Assembly: GCF_009914755.1 (NCBI RefSeq)
Contig: NC_060928.1
Strand: one strand, 5' to 3'
DNA: 64,000 nucleotides
From: the human T2T-CHM13v2.0 reference genome, Homo sapiens
A program made the translations under genes and the position numbers. Each line of letters begins with the position of its first letter. Positions within the stretch are counted from its first letter, which is position 1. Under the pieces are notes generated by a model. That model saw only the letters and a list, made by a program, of their open reading frames with translations. It was not told the DNA's origin and made no database searches. Positions 12,847-25,722 of the stretch are shown here, in pieces.

Positions 12847-14029
12847 CCCTAAGGTGACTTCAGCCATGTCCAAGTGACAACTACTCACAACTTCATGTTT
12901 CCTGGTGGTATAATGTCAGCAGCTGCCTAGCAGTTTTCCCATCAGCCTTTCTCATCCCCAGGATAAAAGGATCTGATCCCACAGTCAGCAGTGGAGGGTC
13001 CTCCAGTCTTTCAACTGGTCCTTGAGTTATCACTAATTGCCTAACCAACTTCACCTCACCCCTCCGATCTCTAAAACTCTTTCAGTGACATTTATGCAAA
13101 GACAGAAAATCTCCCTGCCTGATTGTCTCTTCACTCTCTCCCATTCAAGAATCCAGGAGTCACTAGTCACCTATTTTCCTTCTCATCACCCCATCCCCCA
13201 ACTCTCACTTTCCACCAGCCTCCCATTGCTATCCTTTCACCCGACACACCCATCATATCTAGGTGTTAAGACACTCTTATCACCACTGTAATTTTTCTCA
13301 TCTTTTCCAATAGATCTAGGGTAAAAAGGACAAAAGAATTCTTTCAAAAATAACATGGTAGATATTACTTGAAATAAAGCAATTTGTATGCAGTCCCTCC
13401 TCATCTGAAAGGTCAATCTCATGAAATGGGAAAATTGGTAGGATTCTAAGCTTAGGGGGCCAGGACAGCGTATTCTGTCTACAGAGTACTTCTTTGGATC
13501 TTCCCAAAATCTGACATTCATAAGAACAATTAAAATGTACACTCAATAAGAACAAATTAAAGTGTATACTCATCTCTCCTTTGATGGCATTAGGTGTGCG
13601 AGTATCAAATGCCTTCAGCAGATAGCAACAGTGTTAAGTATGCCCAAATGAAATTATTTATGAAAATCACACAGCAAGTAGTTAATTCTCAAAAATCGTC
13701 ATTTAATGAAAACAGGACAGGCTTTTATCACACAAAATCCTAAATTAAGGTATTTTGCTGAACTAAATTAGTCTTGCCTTTGGGATAAAAATACTTAGAA
13801 TCCATCATCAGAAGGAACCTCACACACCTGCTTCTCATCTGCAGCCATTCTTTGTCAACTCCGCTCTTTCTTGCTTATCAGAAGGGAATACTAAACTGAT
13901 AAAGGAGTTATAAACCAAAATAGAAACAAAACAAAACCAAACGCCTAATTCTCCATGGCCTTCCTGGACAAAGAGACAAATACATAAAATAAAATAAAGT
14001 CCTTCTTGCCTCTTCAAAATGGAAAACTG

Positions 14030-14328
14030 GGCTGGGCGCGGTGGCTTACACCTGTAATCCGAATACTTTGGGAGGCTGAGGCGGGCAGATCACCTGAGGT
14101 CAGGAGTTCGAGACCAGCCGGCCAACATGGCGAAACCTCATCTCTACTAAAAATACAAAAATTAGCCCGGCGTGGTGGCATATGCCTGTAATCCCAGCTA
14201 CTCGGGAGGCTGAGGCAGAAGAATCACTTTAACCCAGGAGGCGGAGGTTGCAGTGAGCCGAGATCACACCACTGCCCTCCAGCCCAGGAGACAAGATCGA
14301 GACTCTTTCTCAAAAAAGAAAAAAAAAG
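14030..14328 (+). mobile_element. AluSx-like
   Basis: ggctgggcgcggtggcttacacctgtaatcc...cacctgaggtcaggagttcgagacc...A-tail. Confidence 0.95.
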
Positions 14329-15217
14329 GAAAATTCAATGTATCACAAACTTAACATGAGTCCCATTTCTGTATGGCAAGCAAGGGCAAGTGGGCAGAGC
14401 CAACAGAGTGACCACAGGCCCCTGTCCGAAGTGCTTTTTAAAATGTGGAAAGAGGTTTCATCTGAGCCAAGGAAAAGATCAACTATTTGGCCCTGGGAAG
14501 AGATCCTCGATTCAGTGGCTTTCCATTTCTACTCTGGCCACACACCTGAGGGAGGCTGGGGAGCAGGGATCCAATGGTGAATAAGAGGCTCGCTATCAAG
14601 GCAGGAAGGGGAAGGAAGGGAAAGGGGGCTACAGATAGTCTCAAATCTAAAAGGTCCCGTGTAATTTCTAAAAGTCCCCTCCCCAGGTGATTTTCACAAC
14701 ACACACAGGTTCTGTCTCCTGAGGATGACAGAATTATCCAGCCACATTTTACAGTGAAAACTTCCAAAGGAGGAAGTGATTGGAGAACTAAAAGGCCACT
14801 CTAGGCATCTGAGTTCATGCACCTTCCACCGCAGAGCCTTGTACACAGCTGGCTGTCAAGAAATATTTAATAAACAAATGAAATAATAACACAATGTGTG
14901 CATTTAAGAAAACCATTGCATGTGTTACTACATTTAACAAAATCAATTATTCATTTAAAATAATTGCATGGGGTCCCTGGATCCCCAAGCAGACCAAGTT
15001 ATTGATGGAGGGTCCCGGCTAGTTTCAGTGCCTCAGAAAGCCTAACGGGATGGTGAGTTTCTCTCACACGGAGCCGGCCAGCCTGTCCAACACACCACGG
15101 GTCTCTACCTTTGGCTATAATGAGATCAGTGAGATTTGATGATACCAGTTTTCTCAAGGCAATCAGGAGTTCTGACTGGAAGTCATATGTGTTTCTGAGG
15201 AATAAAAATGGGCACTA

Positions 15218-15512
<295 letters not shown>

Positions 15513-16223
15513 GGATACATGAAGTCTACTTAAATAAACACAATTTGTTTCAGAGACAGTTTGTCATAAGATGGAGCTTCTGAGGGGGAAAATTATTTTT
15601 AGGGGATCTTTGAAGGTCAATGCCAAGACTTCAGGCCTGCTGCTTGCTCTGAATCCAACGAGCCTCAGACGGAGTCCCAGGGACAAAGGGGACCTGTGAG
15701 CTGTGTTTCCTGCTTGTGTGTTTTCCTTGGTACTCTATAAAAAATACTGTCTTCATGTTCAAATCTGGACCCTATATGTTATTCATCATTCTTTGTTCTT
15801 TGTTGATAAATTAAAGTTTGATGGAACTTCCTCACCCACTTTTCCATCAGTCACTCCCGCCACCAGAGCCACTCCTCAATTCAGCACACTGTGCATGAAG
15901 CTGGCATCGTGCACCGACCACTGATTACACTCAGGCCAAACACAGGGGGCCGACGGGGCAGGCAGAGACCGAAGGTCCTGACCTCCTACCCCTGTGCAGG
16001 AAGGAACATCATGTCTCATACAGATGAAAAGAAGAACTAATTTTTACTAATAATAACTGACATTTCACCGCAGTTTCGTTTATTTGCATATATTACGTAT
16101 TGTAATATATGTTATAAATATATGCTATCAGTTAATATTTACTTTCATGTATGTTGTCACATATACAGTGTTGGGCACACAGTAAGCATTCAATAAATGC
16201 ACATGAGCCAAGATGGTAAAGCA

Positions 16224-16540
16224 GGCCGGCGCAGTGGCTCATGCCTGTAATCCCAGAACTTCAGAAGGCTGAGGTGGGCAGATCACCTGAGGTCAGGAGT
16301 TCGAGACAAGCCTGGCCAGCATGCTGAAACCCCGTCTCTACTAAAAATACAAAAATTAGCCAGGCATGGTAGCGCACGCCTGCGCACACCTGTAGTCCCA
16401 ACTACTCGGGAAGCTGAAGCACAGGAATTGCTTGAACCTGGAAGCAGAGGTTGCGGTGAGCTGAAAGTGTGCCACTGTACACCAGTCTGGGCAACAGAGC
16501 AAGACTCTGCCTCAAAAAAAAAAAAAAAAAAGAAAAAAAA
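16224..16540 (+). mobile_element. AluSx-like
   Basis: Full dimer; TSD about tggtaaagca / tggtaaaagca. Confidence 0.95.
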
Positions 16541-18944
16541 GGTGGTAAAAGCAAAATACTACAATCAGCCCAGTGCACACCTGCAATGACAGATAATGAA
16601 GAAGTTGACACGAGAGTGAAGAAGATTCAGACTAAAGCACAGAGAGGCTTGGGAAGATTTTCTTATCTGACATAAAGAGGGAAAATACATTGGTCCAATC
16701 ACTGTTATTTCCATATCATTTGGTCTCCATGGATACCACCTAACTTTCCTTCTGACAGGAAAAAATTCACTGACAATATCGGATTCCACTGTGAAATTTT
16801 TTTGATACTTTATATAAAAGTTATTCCATGTTTAATCTTTTATCATTATTTATATATGCTCAGAAGTAAAATCCCTCCTTGCTGGAAATTCTATGAGAAA
16901 GATAGTGTCTAATCCAGTCATGATTATCTGGCCTTTTTACACTAAGAATAATCTGATATAATTTTGAAAGTTAATGCCTTACACATTTGTAGACTGCCAT
17001 AATTTATGCAATGTTCTTTCATATACAGTATCTCAATTGTTCATGAAAGCAACACTTACGAGATATAGTTAAAAATTATTATTATCCTCCTTACAGCTAA
17101 CCCCAAAAGGTAATAACTATATTTTTTGTTGTTAATGGTCAGCTCACTCACCAGAACACAACCTAGTGTAAAGATGCTGTCTTTCTCGCTGTCAGTTGAG
17201 TATACAGAGGCTAGCACTGTGTCTGGCTTATAATAGATGTTCTAAGGATATTTATTGAGTGTGTACATAAATTCTCTTGTCTGCGTTAAGCCCTTTTTGG
17301 TATAAGGCAGATAAGGGAACTATAACCCAGATACTCCATTTAGATAGAGTACAGTGGTTTTTCACTATCAAAAGGATATTATGTGAAAATGCTCTAAAAA
17401 CAACAGTTTTGTACGAGATGATGTTAAGAATAAAAATATAACATCGTTGGTAACATGAGAAAATTGATGCACATCAAATGTGGAGCATCCAAAGTGTCTA
17501 TTTTTCCAGTAAGTTTAAACATCTTTTGCTCTGGTGCACTATTTGCCTAATAAAGTGTTTCAGAAAGTGGGATAAAAGTGGGACCATTGTTCATAAGGCT
17601 GTCAGAACTTCATGGCACGCATGTGTTTGCCATAATTTGCTTCCAGTTTGACTACAGATCCTTACTTTTGATTATGCTGACATTTTTACAGGTAAGTAAA
17701 TCTGAAATAACTGGAACTTTCTCTAACAAAAAAATGACAACTCACTGAGAATGAAATATGTAAATGTTTAATTTTAACAAGCAGTTACAAATCGTAACAG
17801 ACAAGAACTCTTGGATCTAAGAGACCAAAATGTAATTTCTTACATAACAGACAAAGTTACAAGTTATAATCGTTCACTAATTACAGTGAAATTCCGGACT
17901 TTGACACATCAATCAATAGATGTTCCAACGTTCCCCCTAGAGATCCCAGTTCAAGTCTTAAATATTTCATCTGCTGAAGTTTCCTCAGAAAAGGCTCCTT
18001 TTCCCAGGATTTTTTAGGTTTCTACTTTTGCCCCTTCTCCCACTAAAAGAAGAATAAAGGAAAGTTGGGGAAATCAGAGAATCCTGAATCTGCGTGCGTG
18101 GTGAAGTTAAACAGAGTCACCCTCTGGGCCTGGTAGGGATAACTGCATCTGCCTAGCATCAAGACTATCCACCGCCTGGTCTAACCCCAGACCCCGTTGT
18201 GCACCTGCCCTTAAGCACCAAAAACTGAACTGCTCAAAGAGAACCTGCAGTCGATATGAAAACTAGTAAATGACTGCAGGCTTGACAGCAGTCTCGGTGA
18301 TGCCTGAAAATCCACAACAGGAAATCTAACTATCCTCCATACCTCCTGGCCATTCATCAAAAGCAGACCGAGTCACAGCCATAAGGAGGCCGGTGGCTGA
18401 AGACGAATGCCAGCACCACTTTTCCTCATTTAGAACAACTGAGTTTTTTCCTTCCATAACCAAGGACAAGGAGCAACCGGAGGGAGGAGGTTGAAGAGGG
18501 AGGGGGCGGGCAATATGTCCCCAAGTTTCAGACAGTAGCGGGTCAGAAACGAGCGAAAGCCACCTCGCTCTTCTGAGCTACCTCGGCCGCCAGTCCCCGG
18601 GATCACATCCGCAGCCGAGCGCCAAGGGTCCGGCCTACACAGACTGACCCGGGCGTTTCACCTGGTGCCCGACCACGGCTCTGGCGCCCTGCCCAGGCTG
18701 CCCGCCTCCTTCCCCTCCCCCGCTTCTTAGGGAACAAGGAGGAGAGGGTGGCAAACGCACCCAGACCGGGGGCCAAGGGGAGACGCCGGCGCGTGCTGGG
18801 AGGGGCATGAGTTACACCCGCGACCCTTGGAACTTGGAACGGCTTCCCCAGCCCCGGCGGACGCCGGCCCCCAGGCCGTGCCACTGGGAGCAGGCGGGCG
18901 CCGCGATTGGCCGCGGCCGGCTTCACTCGGTGGGCGAGCCCTAC

Positions 18945-19030
18945 CGGCGAGGCGGAAAGGAAGTGGCGGCCGCCGCGGCTTTGCACCAACCATGTTCGGC
19001 CAGCGGGCGAATGTCACCCGGCGCCCGGAG
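18945..19030 (-). other. Candidate downstream alternative first exon of a minus-strand gene
   Basis: Donor CCG|GTAGGG at 18945/18944; GC box just upstream; strong-context AUG (AACATGG, 18993) open to the donor (MVGAKPRRPPLPFRLA). 5' end approximate. Confidence 0.45.
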
Positions 19031-19712
19031 CCGGGTCGGAGGGCACGGGGCGGGCACTCGCGTCCCCACCCCGCCGCGGCCCGCGCCCCGGGACCCCGAG
19101 GGGACGCCGGCCCCCACTGCGCCGCTCGGTCCCCGGAGGCTCCCCGCCCCCACCTCGCCCGCTCCGTAGCCGAGGCGGGTCAGGCCCAGCGCGCGAGGCC
19201 GGCCGGGGGCGCCTGCGGGGACCCGGGGGCGCACGGCGCTAGGCCGCGGCCCGGGCGGCTGACCCCTCGGCACGGTGCCTTCCTGGGACGCGCCGCCCGA
19301 GCCCCTGGCGCGCTGGGACAAGTGCAATGACAAAGCCCCAGGGCCCGACCGGGCGCTGGCCGGCGGGAAGGAGGACGCGGCGTCCCTTCTGAGCGGCGGC
19401 GGCGGCGGCCCAGCCCCCAGGAAGCAGGGCGCGTCGGCCAGGCCCGGCGCCCGGCCCGGCTCCGAGCCCGCCCTCCCGCCCCGGCCGCTGGCACCCGACG
19501 CCCGCGACCCGACCCCGAGCCCGGCAGGCAGGCGAGCCCCTGGACCGCCGCGGGGCGCCCCAGCAAGTTTCCTCTGGCCGTGGCTGGAGGCGCTCCTCCC
19601 GGCCGGGGAGCGGTGCCTGCTTATTTACGCTGGAGGCAGCCTGGAGAGGCGCCGCCGCGGGCACCGAGAAGGACCCGCTCCCCTCCTTCGGATCCGGTGG
19701 CGGCGGTGGCTG

Positions 19713-19755
19713 CACACACACACACGCGCGCACACACAAACACGCACATACACAC
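19713..19755. repeat. (CA)n/(CG) microsatellite inside the CpG island
   Basis: cacacacacacacgcgcgcacacacaaacacgcacatacacac. Confidence 0.9.
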
Positions 19756-19902
19756 AATTTTGTTTTAAATGAGGCCCTACTCCAGCTGACCTGCACCCCC
19801 ACACACAACACCTGGGGCGCAGAAGCACACACAGCAGGTCTGTGTCCATGGAGCCACCTCTCCGCATCTGCAAATCCAAAAGTGAAATTAAACCTCCACC
19901 AA

Positions 19903-19988
19903 CCTCCTCCTCCTCCTCCCTCTCTACCTCCTCCTCCTCCTCCTCCTCGCAGCCTCAGCAGCCCCAGTAGCAGCAGCAACAGCAGCAG
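19903..19988. repeat. (CCT)n tracts and imperfect (CAG)n tract
   Basis: cctcctcctcctcct...cctcctcctcctcctcctcctcgcagcctcagcagccccagtagcagcagcaacagcagcag. Confidence 0.95.
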
Positions 19989-20019
19989 AACCTGCTTCCC
20001 CTAAAATCAGATGATCCAT
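19924..20019 (-). CDS. Candidate uORF, 31 aa MDHLILGEAGSAAVAAATGAAEAARRRRRRR
   Basis: ATG at 20019 in context gcaattATGG (A at -3, G at +4), TAG at 19926-19924. Translated by hand; below the ORF-track size cut-off. Confidence 0.4.
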   Translation of the reverse strand: MDHLILGEAGSAAVAAATGAAEAARRRRRRR

Positions 20020-20027
20020 AATTGCGC

Positions 20028-20063
20028 CGACTGTTCCTCCAAAAATCAGTATTAATATTTATG
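20028..20063 (-). promoter_or_regulatory. TATA-like box plus initiator
   Basis: CATAAATATTAA (20063 downward) lies 31 nt upstream of the A of CAGT (20032), in an AT-rich pocket of the CpG island. Confidence 0.4.
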
Positions 20064-20394
20064 AACCCCGGCATTTTCCGTCTGCAAAACATCGTGTCAA
20101 GGCATCAGGACACGCATACACACACGGCCCCCCACAGTCCCCAGAAACATGCCCTCGAGAGAAACACACACAGTCACAACTATTATTTGAAAAATGTTAC
20201 CTCTCAGTGTGCTTTTTTCACGCTACCAATACAATTCCGCAAGGTATAAGTGTTGCTAGGGTGTGTGAAATGGAAATGAAAGCCCGTCAGTTGAATAATC
20301 GCAGGAGCAAAACTAAAAGTTACTCCCCGGCTTGCCTGAGAACAGTCCAGATCGAAAGCAAAACAAGGAGAGGAAACTGCGAAGAGCCGCGGCT

Positions 20395-20404
20395 GGAAAT
20401 CCCC
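20395..20404 (-). promoter_or_regulatory. NF-kB site GGGGATTTCC
   Basis: Plus strand GGAAATCCCC; its reverse complement matches GGGRNWYYCC. Confidence 0.5.
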
Positions 20405-20539
20405 CCACCCCCCGCCCTCCTCCGGCCGCGCTCCCTCCCTCGCCTCCCCTCTCCGCCCTCCTCCCTCCGCCCTTCCTCCCCAGTGTTTGTTTCAAGCTTG
20501 TGCAACCGGGAGGTGGAGGCGGAGGGAGGGCGCGAGCGG

Positions 20540-21356
20540 CCCGGCCGGGAGGTGCGGAAGTTCGCCGCAGCAGCTCATTGGCGGGCAGCGCCGCTTTCAT
20601 CATTTCTCGGAAAAGTCAATTTCATTTTCGCTTCCCCAGGTCGCGGCGGCGGGAGCAACAAGCAGCGGCTCGTGAGTCCGCGGCTCGCACCCAGGGGCGC
20701 CCGCACGTGCGGCTAGAACGTCCGAGTCGGGGTCCGGGGCGGGGGGCGCAGGCCCGCGGCGGTAGGGGAGGAGAGCGGGCACCCGAGTCTCCATCCTCAG
20801 GGTGGCCTGAAGGTTCCAGGAGGGCGTCCGGCGAAGGCACGGGGCTGCGACCATCCAGTTAGCAGGGCTGGTGTGACTGTTGAGAGTAAATGAAAATTCG
20901 TTTTGTGACACCGACCACCTCCAAGGAATGAAAGGAGCAGTCAGCCGAAACGACAGCATTACTTGCGTCCTTACCTAATTGGAACCTTATCCGTGGCTGA
21001 GGGTGCCACCATTGGAGGGGCCGCCGCCCCCTCTGACACCACCTGGCGCTCCGCTCCATTTAGGAGCTAGAACGAAAAGGAGGCCCATCCCCCAGTAAGT
21101 CACAGCCCACGCCAAGATGAGTTCTGGAGCCTGTGCGACCGAAGTTTCTTCACCGCAGGGCGAGGTGGACAAGGGTGTGAGTTACTTTGACTTCAAGACG
21201 TCTCAGTGGCGGCTGGTTCTGGAGAGAGGCTTTATGCTGGAGCACTTCCAGCAAAGTTCGGCTGGGGCCTCCTTAACTCACTGGCTGGTCACCCTTGGCC
21301 TCGGTTTTCAACCAAAGCCTAAGGCCTCAGTTTTCAACGCTGTAAATGGAAATAAA
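20540..21356 (+). ncRNA. Candidate divergent (head-to-head) non-coding transcript, 5' part
   Basis: Plus-strand donors GTGAGT (20672), GTAAGT (21095), GTGAGT (21177); acceptors ttcattttcgcttccccAG (20639) and gtttcttcaccgcAG (21158); AATAAA at 21351. Confidence 0.35.
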
Positions 21357-21777
21357 TGAGAGAAGAAAGTACAGCCCGTGTGACAAGTGCAGCAAGCAAT
21401 GCAACTTCCTTGGGACCTACCCTTTGTGGTCCCTTGCTTTAAAAGTATAGATTCACATTTAGTTAGACCTGTTTCTTCCTCGCATGCAATTTCACCAGTC
21501 TTTTCCCAGACTTCTGTACTCAACAGAGGAAGTTCCTTCCTGGGAGACCATAGCTGTTTGTATGTAAAGAGTTGCGAAAAAACAAAAGCAAAACAAAAAA
21601 CTCCAACACCTCTCTGTCACAGAAGTATTGAATTATATAGACTGGAAAAATGGAAGTATCCAAGAAAACGCGTGTGGTAAGAAAATGGCTAAGGTGCAGG
21701 ATTCTGTTTTGTGGCTCTGGTCTCAGAAATAGACCTCACATACACATTATTCCTTATCCCCTCTATTATAATACTCA

Positions 21778-22240
<463 letters not shown>

Positions 22241-22849
22241 CAGGCACTGACTTTCTTATGTCATATAGCAATGACCACTAAGGGAAAGTCTATACAAACT
22301 ATAGAATAGTTGTCATTCTTTACCCAACCCGGGACACAAGTTAAAAACCTAGTATTCATTTTTTTTTTCCTGTACCAAAACAATCATCTTCCTTTATTTT
22401 TCCTGGAGCGGGAAGAGGAGAGTGGAGAAGAAGGGAAGAATGCAAAGTGTCACTTTGAACTTCTCGTTCACCACACACGTGGGAGTCCACTCATGTCAGC
22501 AGCCTCCGTGCACAGGCCCCAGGTGAAAGAAAGAATGAGGTCTAGTTGGACCAGCTAACACTGCCTGCCTTGTGTTTACGAAAGGCAGCTGCCTCTGTGG
22601 TGTGATTTCAGGGGAGCCAGACAGGGCCGGGGCCACGAACCTGCATCCTGCATCCTAAGCACCTATTGCCATGCGTGAGGCTAACTGGAAACTCACTTGC
22701 TGGGTGCAGATAGCTTCCAAACTATTGTGATGCTCATGCTTGACTTCCCAAGGAACGTGTTTCAGGAAAGGCCATTGCCCTCATTATGGTCTTTGATAAG
22801 CAGGAAGAAGTTTGTTGTTCCTTTTTTTTCTTAATGCCCTACTTCGTGC

Positions 22850-23900
22850 AACATACATCCAATCAGTCATATCCTATTGACGCTACCCCTAAATATCTCT
22901 GGGCCTGGCCCGTGCTCAGGGCACTGCCTTCATTCAGTTACTGCACTTGCCTGCTGCCTGTGCTCCTGGTCTCCTGCTTGGACTCCCCCAGGCCAGCAGC
23001 CACACTACTGCCAAAATCCAGTCGAAAATTAACTTCAGGTAAAGCACAATTCCAAACCTAACACTGCCCCCCTCAAAAGCCTCTCTGTAGCCTTCAGAAT
23101 AAAGACCATATTATTTGACAAGACACATAAAGTCCATTGTAATCTGGCACCAAACGACCTTTCCAGCCTCATCTCCTGCCATTGTGTCCCACAAGCCCTA
23201 CATCCCTCCCTTGCCAAACCAGCCTCCGCTCCTTTTTGTCAAACAACAGAGCTGTCCTCTTGTTCATTGTTTTATCTTTAGCATGGTGCCCAGCACACAG
23301 GCACTGAAATACTTGTGAATTAATAATTACTTGCTCTTTTCATCAGGCTCTCATAAAATATTTTAGACTTGATCAGAGCCTTGTTTTATATTTTAATAGC
23401 TTTTTAATATAAATGTAATTAATGTTTCTTGTACAGAATTTGGAAGATGCAAGAATGGTGAGAGAAGAACATAAGCCACCTGACATCTCACTAGTCAGGA
23501 ATAGACCTGTGGATATTTTTATGTATTTCCTTCTAGTGATCTTTCTAAGGGACCGTTTCCAATCCGCATCTCCTCTGTCTGTGTGTAGGATTTAAGAATG
23601 CTGACTGTGCAGGCTGCTCTCCACGATGCCCATGTGACAGCCTGCTGTCCTATTCTAGTTCTTGGCCGGTTCCTCGTCTGCTGCCAGCCCCCTAAATTAT
23701 GGTGTTTCCAGGCATTCTATCCTCAACCCTCTTATTTTCTCATTCTACATGCTTTATCTTTGGGTGTTCTCCTCCACGCCCAGGGCTTCAGATATCACTA
23801 TTTGCTGATGACTCCAAAATCTGTAACTTCTGAGCTCTGACCACATTAACTCCTACACATGTCTCAGGTGCAACAAATTATACATGTCCCAAGTCAGAGA
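22850..23900 (+). mobile_element. L2 fragments
   Basis: ctctctgtagccttcagaataaagacc...catggtgcccagcacacaggcactgaaatacttg; tatttgctgatgactccaaaatctg. Confidence 0.55.
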
Positions 23901-24244
23901 GAACATCTTTTCCACAGCCTTGCACTGTTCACTTCATTGATTAGCTGGGAAACTGGGAGGACTCACAGACTGCCCCCTTTCCTGAGTCCTGGGGCCTCCC
24001 TGAAGCATGGGTGTTGCTTGCAATTTTCCAGGCCCCTAAACTCATAAAACATAGACAGAATGAATTTCTGTTCTTAGGCCCTTGATGACATGTCACTGCA
24101 AACCAAAAATGTACAAATGAACCAAAACAGCCACATGGTACTGATATACACAGTCAAGAAGTATCTTAGCCCTTTGATGAGATGCATATAGTAATAAATC
24201 TCTGTGGAAACTCCAGCCTTTTTGGAAGCCTGGGTAAGAAAGTA

Positions 24245-24629
<385 letters not shown>

Positions 24630-25447
24630 CTAGAGTCATCTCCTGGATGAAGCATGTTTGTATTTCACCTGTGGGATGGAATATCCTAAAAGATCTGCCT
24701 GGCTGCCTCAGGACTCATTTCTTTTCAGGGGAGTCGGGTGCAGACAATATTACTTGAGCACAATAGTGCCGGATCTCTCCTTGAGTGGATCTTAACTAAG
24801 GAAGAAATGTAAAGACACATTCAAAGTTGACCCCTTTCAAATGGGTTTTTAACTTAGTTTCCTAAAATTGAAACAAAGTTTCATAAAATGATCATTCAAA
24901 TAAAATCTGTTGAGTGCTCAGGAACATTTCCCAGCACTAGGGATACAGCAGTGAACCAAATGAATGAAAGTGCCAGCCTTCTAAGACGTTTTCTTACAGT
25001 CTTGTAGGTTGACATGTTGATTTCCACTGTGGCATCCCAGTAATGGCACCGACATCATCTCCACCTGTAATCACAGCCTTCAGAACTGTACATGCAACTT
25101 AGGAATGTGTAACATGAAGGCATATAAATGAAAACCTAAGTATTTATAGCTATGATTTAATCAGGAGCCCCAGGTCTGCAAGCAGATGCTCAGTTTTCTC
25201 CCCAGAATCACTGGGACCACTTCTGTCTTGGCCACTGGAGCTCCCCTCCAAGGTGCTGCAATTCAGGAGGTTAGAAAGTCATGGAAAACGAGGGTTCCAC
25301 CCTTGCCAGAACAGTTGCCAATACAAAAGCCACAGATTAACAGTCCTGAGTTGCAAAGAACATTATTGTGAAGTCCAAGTTGAATAAACACACAGCCAAG
25401 TTAAATTTTTTGCGGCAATAGAACAGCAATGGGATTGAAAAAACCAT

Positions 25448-25467
25448 CAGTCAAAGTTCAAAGGTCA
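25448..25467 (+). promoter_or_regulatory. Nuclear-receptor DR1 element AGTTCA-A-AGGTCA
   Basis: cagtca a agttca a aggtca. Confidence 0.4.
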
Positions 25468-25685
25468 TTGGCCTCAAGTTGAAAAATTCTTGAGCATGTT
25501 TGACTGTTACTTTATGTAATGGTTCCTTCCATTTTACAAGAAACTAGGAAGTGGGGGTCATTTTGTTGCAACTATTTTCTGAAAATCATGAGTTTACATT
25601 GAGTAATACATTGCTCAGTTTTGGGTGATACTCATTCTGCCCTGTTCTGAAGGGAAAACACATTCTCTAAAATTGCCTGGATTTC

Positions 25686-25690
25686 TGTGT

Positions 25691-25722
<32 letters not shown>

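Larger units (their letters stand above)
19791..20032 (-). other. Candidate upstream first exon (5' UTR) of a minus-strand gene
   Basis: TATA-like CATAAATA starting at 20063, Inr-like CA(+1)GT at 20032, 5'UTR-type CTG and GGA repeats, donor CAG|GTCAGC at 19791/19790. Confidence 0.55.
18530..21170. promoter_or_regulatory. CpG island, probable bidirectional promoter
   Basis: Very high GC and CpG density. GC boxes at 19047-19054 and 20516-20527, ATTGG/CCAAT at 18906 and 20578, ETS GCGGAAGT at 20554-20561, palindromic E-box CCGCACGTGCGG at 20701-20712. Confidence 0.92.

Noticed and set aside
19951-19988. Plus-strand CAG/CAA tract as a polyglutamine coding exon
   Set aside because: Interrupted by an in-frame TAG (cagtagcag), with no plus-strand coding context
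18603-20959. Many 100-250 aa ORFs on both strands of the CpG island
   Set aside because: Pro/Arg/Gly/Ala-rich frames are expected from stop-codon scarcity in GC-rich DNA; no domain recognised; many start at non-ATG codons
21020-21055. CTCF-like motifs at the island edge
   Set aside because: Only partial matches in GC-rich sequence
18530-21170. Gene symbol for the CpG-island gene
   Set aside because: Only 5' and intronic sequence is present and I do not reliably recognise it; a BLAT search is needed
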